A DNA stretch of 63,715 bases, counting the filler, from Lenisia limosa (lineage: Eukaryota; Protista; Breviatea), in assembly GCA_001655205.1 (NCBI GenBank). It is 14 parts of 14 records of this genome, joined end to end, with 100 filler letters (N's around TTAATTAATTAA, not from the genome) between each part and the next. Parts side by side here need not be neighbours in the genome. Positions count along the whole stretch, not along the records: positions 55,864 to 61,650 come from LPNZ01010669.1; positions 61,751 to 63,715 come from LPNZ01003578.1; 12 more parts are not named here. The stretch is one strand, 5' to 3'. A model generated the notes under the pieces. That model did not search any database and was not told the origin of the DNA. It worked only from the letters and a program-made list of their open reading frames with translations. This document shows, in pieces, positions 61,016 to 63,715 of the stretch (position 1 is its first letter; each line of letters starts with the position of its first letter). The position numbers were made by a program, and so were the translations under genes.

Positions 61016-62016
61016 GGTATCGTTGCTATTGTGTTAGGGTGGGGGGCTATGGAGCAAAAATAAGATAGTTTGTAAACATTAGAAATATGGGTTTGATTGA
61101 CATGCTTGTCGATTTTTAGATACTCGAGGTAAAACGTGAACATATGAAAGAAAAAAACAAACAATCACACTAACAGGGGGGGGGGGGAGNNNNNNNNNNN
61201 NNNNNNNNNNNNNNNNNNNNNNNNNNNNNNNNNNNNNNNNNNNNNNNNNNNNNNNNNNNNNNNNNNNNNNNNNNNNNNNNNNNNNNNNNNNNNNNNNNNN
61301 NNNNNNNNNNNNNNNNNNNNNNNNNNNNNNNNNNNNNNNNNNNNNNNNNNNNNNNNNNNNNNNNNNNNNNNNNNNNNNNNNNNNNNNNNNNNNNNNNNNN
61401 NNNNNNNNAGCGTACGGTACTATTTTAAAAAAGAAACAAAATCGAGAGAAAAACACTTAAACAACTCACACTAACAAATTCAAGAGAGGGTGCGGGAGGG
61501 TAGGAATAATACGAGTAATAGGGGGAGGAAGAAGACAAGAAAAGGAGGAAGAAGCCAGCCTTCAGGGCGCTCCTCAGGTGAATTAGAATAAATACACTGC
61601 CAACTCAGAAACAAGGTACACAAGACAAAACACAAAACCTCTCGAAAACGNNNNNNNNNNNNNNNNNNNNNNNNNNNNNNNNNNNNNNNNNNNNTTAATT
61701 AATTAANNNNNNNNNNNNNNNNNNNNNNNNNNNNNNNNNNNNNNNNNNNNGGGGGGGGGGGGGAGGTCAACAAGGGTCAAGGAGATTGAATAGAAAGATG
61801 ATAGATATGGATGTGATCTTGAGCTCGAGTAGATGATGGTAGCAGAGATGGGTGAAGAAGATGGAAGGGATACTGATCAGCAGATCCATTTTCATTTATA
61901 TATATATTTTTTATATTTTTTTTGCCTTTTTTCAAACTCACTGTCATAGAAATTGATTTAATTTGATTGGAGTAGATCAAGAAGCCGGTATAAAGTAGAC
62001 AGACACCTTTCTCATC

Positions 62017-63578
62017 ATGGCTCCTAATCTTGACAACCAAGTTCTGAGCGCAGACTGTCTCATTGTCGACTCAGGAGGAATTATCAAGGGTTCGCCGCTC
62101 CAGAAGATCTCAAATGAGTTCTTCACCACTGACGAGGTATGCAGTTCCGGGTCTTCTTGGACTATCTATCTGTTTAAAACAGCTGATGATAGTGTTCATG
62201 ATGAAATTAGTACTTAAAAAGGGCTTTTAAGAGTGACCTGCTGCAGATCACGTTCACTTACATTCTTAATACCACTGGGTCATTTTTTTAATACCACACT
62301 CTGAGTGTTTCAATTTCCGTCTTCTAAATAATGGTGGGTTGTAGCAATAGTGAGGAGGAGGATATGATAACATTTCCTTTTTAATGATTCTAGGTTCTGA
62401 AGGAGGTAAAAGACCCGAACAGCAGAAACCATCTCAACCTCCTGCCATTTGATATGAAGGTGGTTGGGAGATGGAGGGTTGTTGCATACACATACGGTAG
62501 ACAAGGGGGTTTTCTATTAGGATAGTTGTGAGATCTCCCTTTATCATTCGACTTCATTTGGATGCGGGTTTTCACCATGTACATTATATATACTTCGCAA
62601 AACTGTTGTGGGATTCCCGAATCCCAAGTCATTGTTCCGTAATTTTTATTAAAGGAGTCCCCATCCACAAGTAACATTCATATGACCGACTTTCGAGTCA
62701 AAAATGGTATCCCATGATTACTACACTGATCAATACCCTAGTTTCTATTGAGACTTGACTGCAAAAATCCAATTCACTCTTTATTGACTCTGCTTTTAGG
62801 TTGCAGACCCTTCAGAAAGCGCTATCAAAGCTGTTTCGATTTTCGCGCGCAAAACTGGAGACTACTATCAACTATCCGCTACTGACCTTCGTGTTTGTGG
62901 GATTCAGATATCTTTTCGATAGTAACTATTTTTATCTACCTCCTGCTACAATTGTGCCGGGGATATATTTCTTTTTTACTTATTTTAAATAAATAATAAA
63001 AAAAAAAACAATCGCACCCAGCGTGATGGTATGGACGGCTTCTTCAAGATAGTTTGTTTTTCCGTCTCTACATATAACGCCAACAATGGACCTGATTTTA
63101 ACACAAATATCGTAACTGAAGTCAAATACATTACTTATGTTCTGGGAACCTAAGAACTAGGGGTATCCACAACAATTACGTAGGCCTAGGCCTACGTGTA
63201 GACTCTAATTATATTCCTAGCTGAACTAACAAGACCCAGTTCAATTCTTAAAGGCATACATCAAAACAAGTTTAGTCGCCAATCTTAAATGTCACGCAAA
63301 TATTGACCCACTTAATTGGAGATGACACCTTCCTCTTCACACTTCCAGCGTAACTCTGACCCATTCACAATTATTGGAACTTTTGGACCGCTTTTAACGA
63401 AAAAAAAGGTTGAATTTCTCGAGAAATCATCGATAAATATCGATATTTTACCGATATTTTCGCACCTCAGGGAAGCCCTAGCTGTTCCAACTTACTCTGT
63501 CAGATTTTGGCTCTGACCTATCAAATCGATGTTGAGCGGATGGGAGGCAACTCTCATCTGAGGAAGGAACCCCTCAAG
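62017..63578 (+). CDS. NOB1: NOB1, PIN-domain 18S pre-rRNA endonuclease, 5' part
   Basis: Exons 62017-62136, 62394-62459, 62800-62892 and 63504-63578 join in frame: LIVDSGGIIKGSPLQ...TTDEVLKEVKDPNSR...LPF...FARKTGDYYQLSATDLRILALTYQI. Confidence 0.92.
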
Positions 63579-63715
63579 GTTGGTCTCTTGTTGTGTGATT
63601 TTGCATGTCCTTGGTTGATGAAATTTGAGTTTTTCTAGAAATGTACATATTTAGATATACATATTCCGTTTTTTTTTTTGTTTGTTTCAAAGGTAGTTTT
63701 TACCCTCCCTTTGAT

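Noticed and set aside
1-63715. Species assignment, alternative genetic code, rRNA/tRNA genes, viral or transposase ORFs
   Set aside because: Conserved genes translate with the standard code and normal stops. No such RNA genes or ORFs were recognised, and taxonomy needs a database search.

Overview
This is eukaryotic, AT-rich, very intron-dense genomic DNA, probably from a protist (species not identifiable from sequence alone). It is not one locus. Thirteen artificial linkers (about 44 N + TTAATTAATTAA + about 44 N) join 14 unrelated scaffolds, so adjacency is meaningful only within a scaffold. Manual exon stitching recovers fragments of a neurofibromin-like RasGAP, VPS13, a type II AAA+ ATPase, NOB1 and several coiled-coil or unknown proteins. 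The 22.5-kb scaffold (33203-55763) carries five genes: Dispatched/Patched-like (-), ZNF277-like (+), DIM1/TXNL4A (-), an equilibrative nucleoside transporter (-) and RNase T2 (+). The main signal is non-coding: the introns are largely built from four repeat families. Family A is a ~100-bp hairpin MITE with TAGGG termini and 8-bp target-site duplications (hAT-like), found in either orientation. Families B (~150 nt) and C (~130 nt) lack terminal repeats, can fold into hairpins, lie almost always sense to the host gene, and often end at or near the 3' splice site, which suggests mobile splice-acceptor cassettes or introner-like elements. Family D is a shorter poly-C-tailed module. No rRNA, tRNA or CRISPR array was recognised. 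All protein calls rest on remembered family motifs, not database searches.
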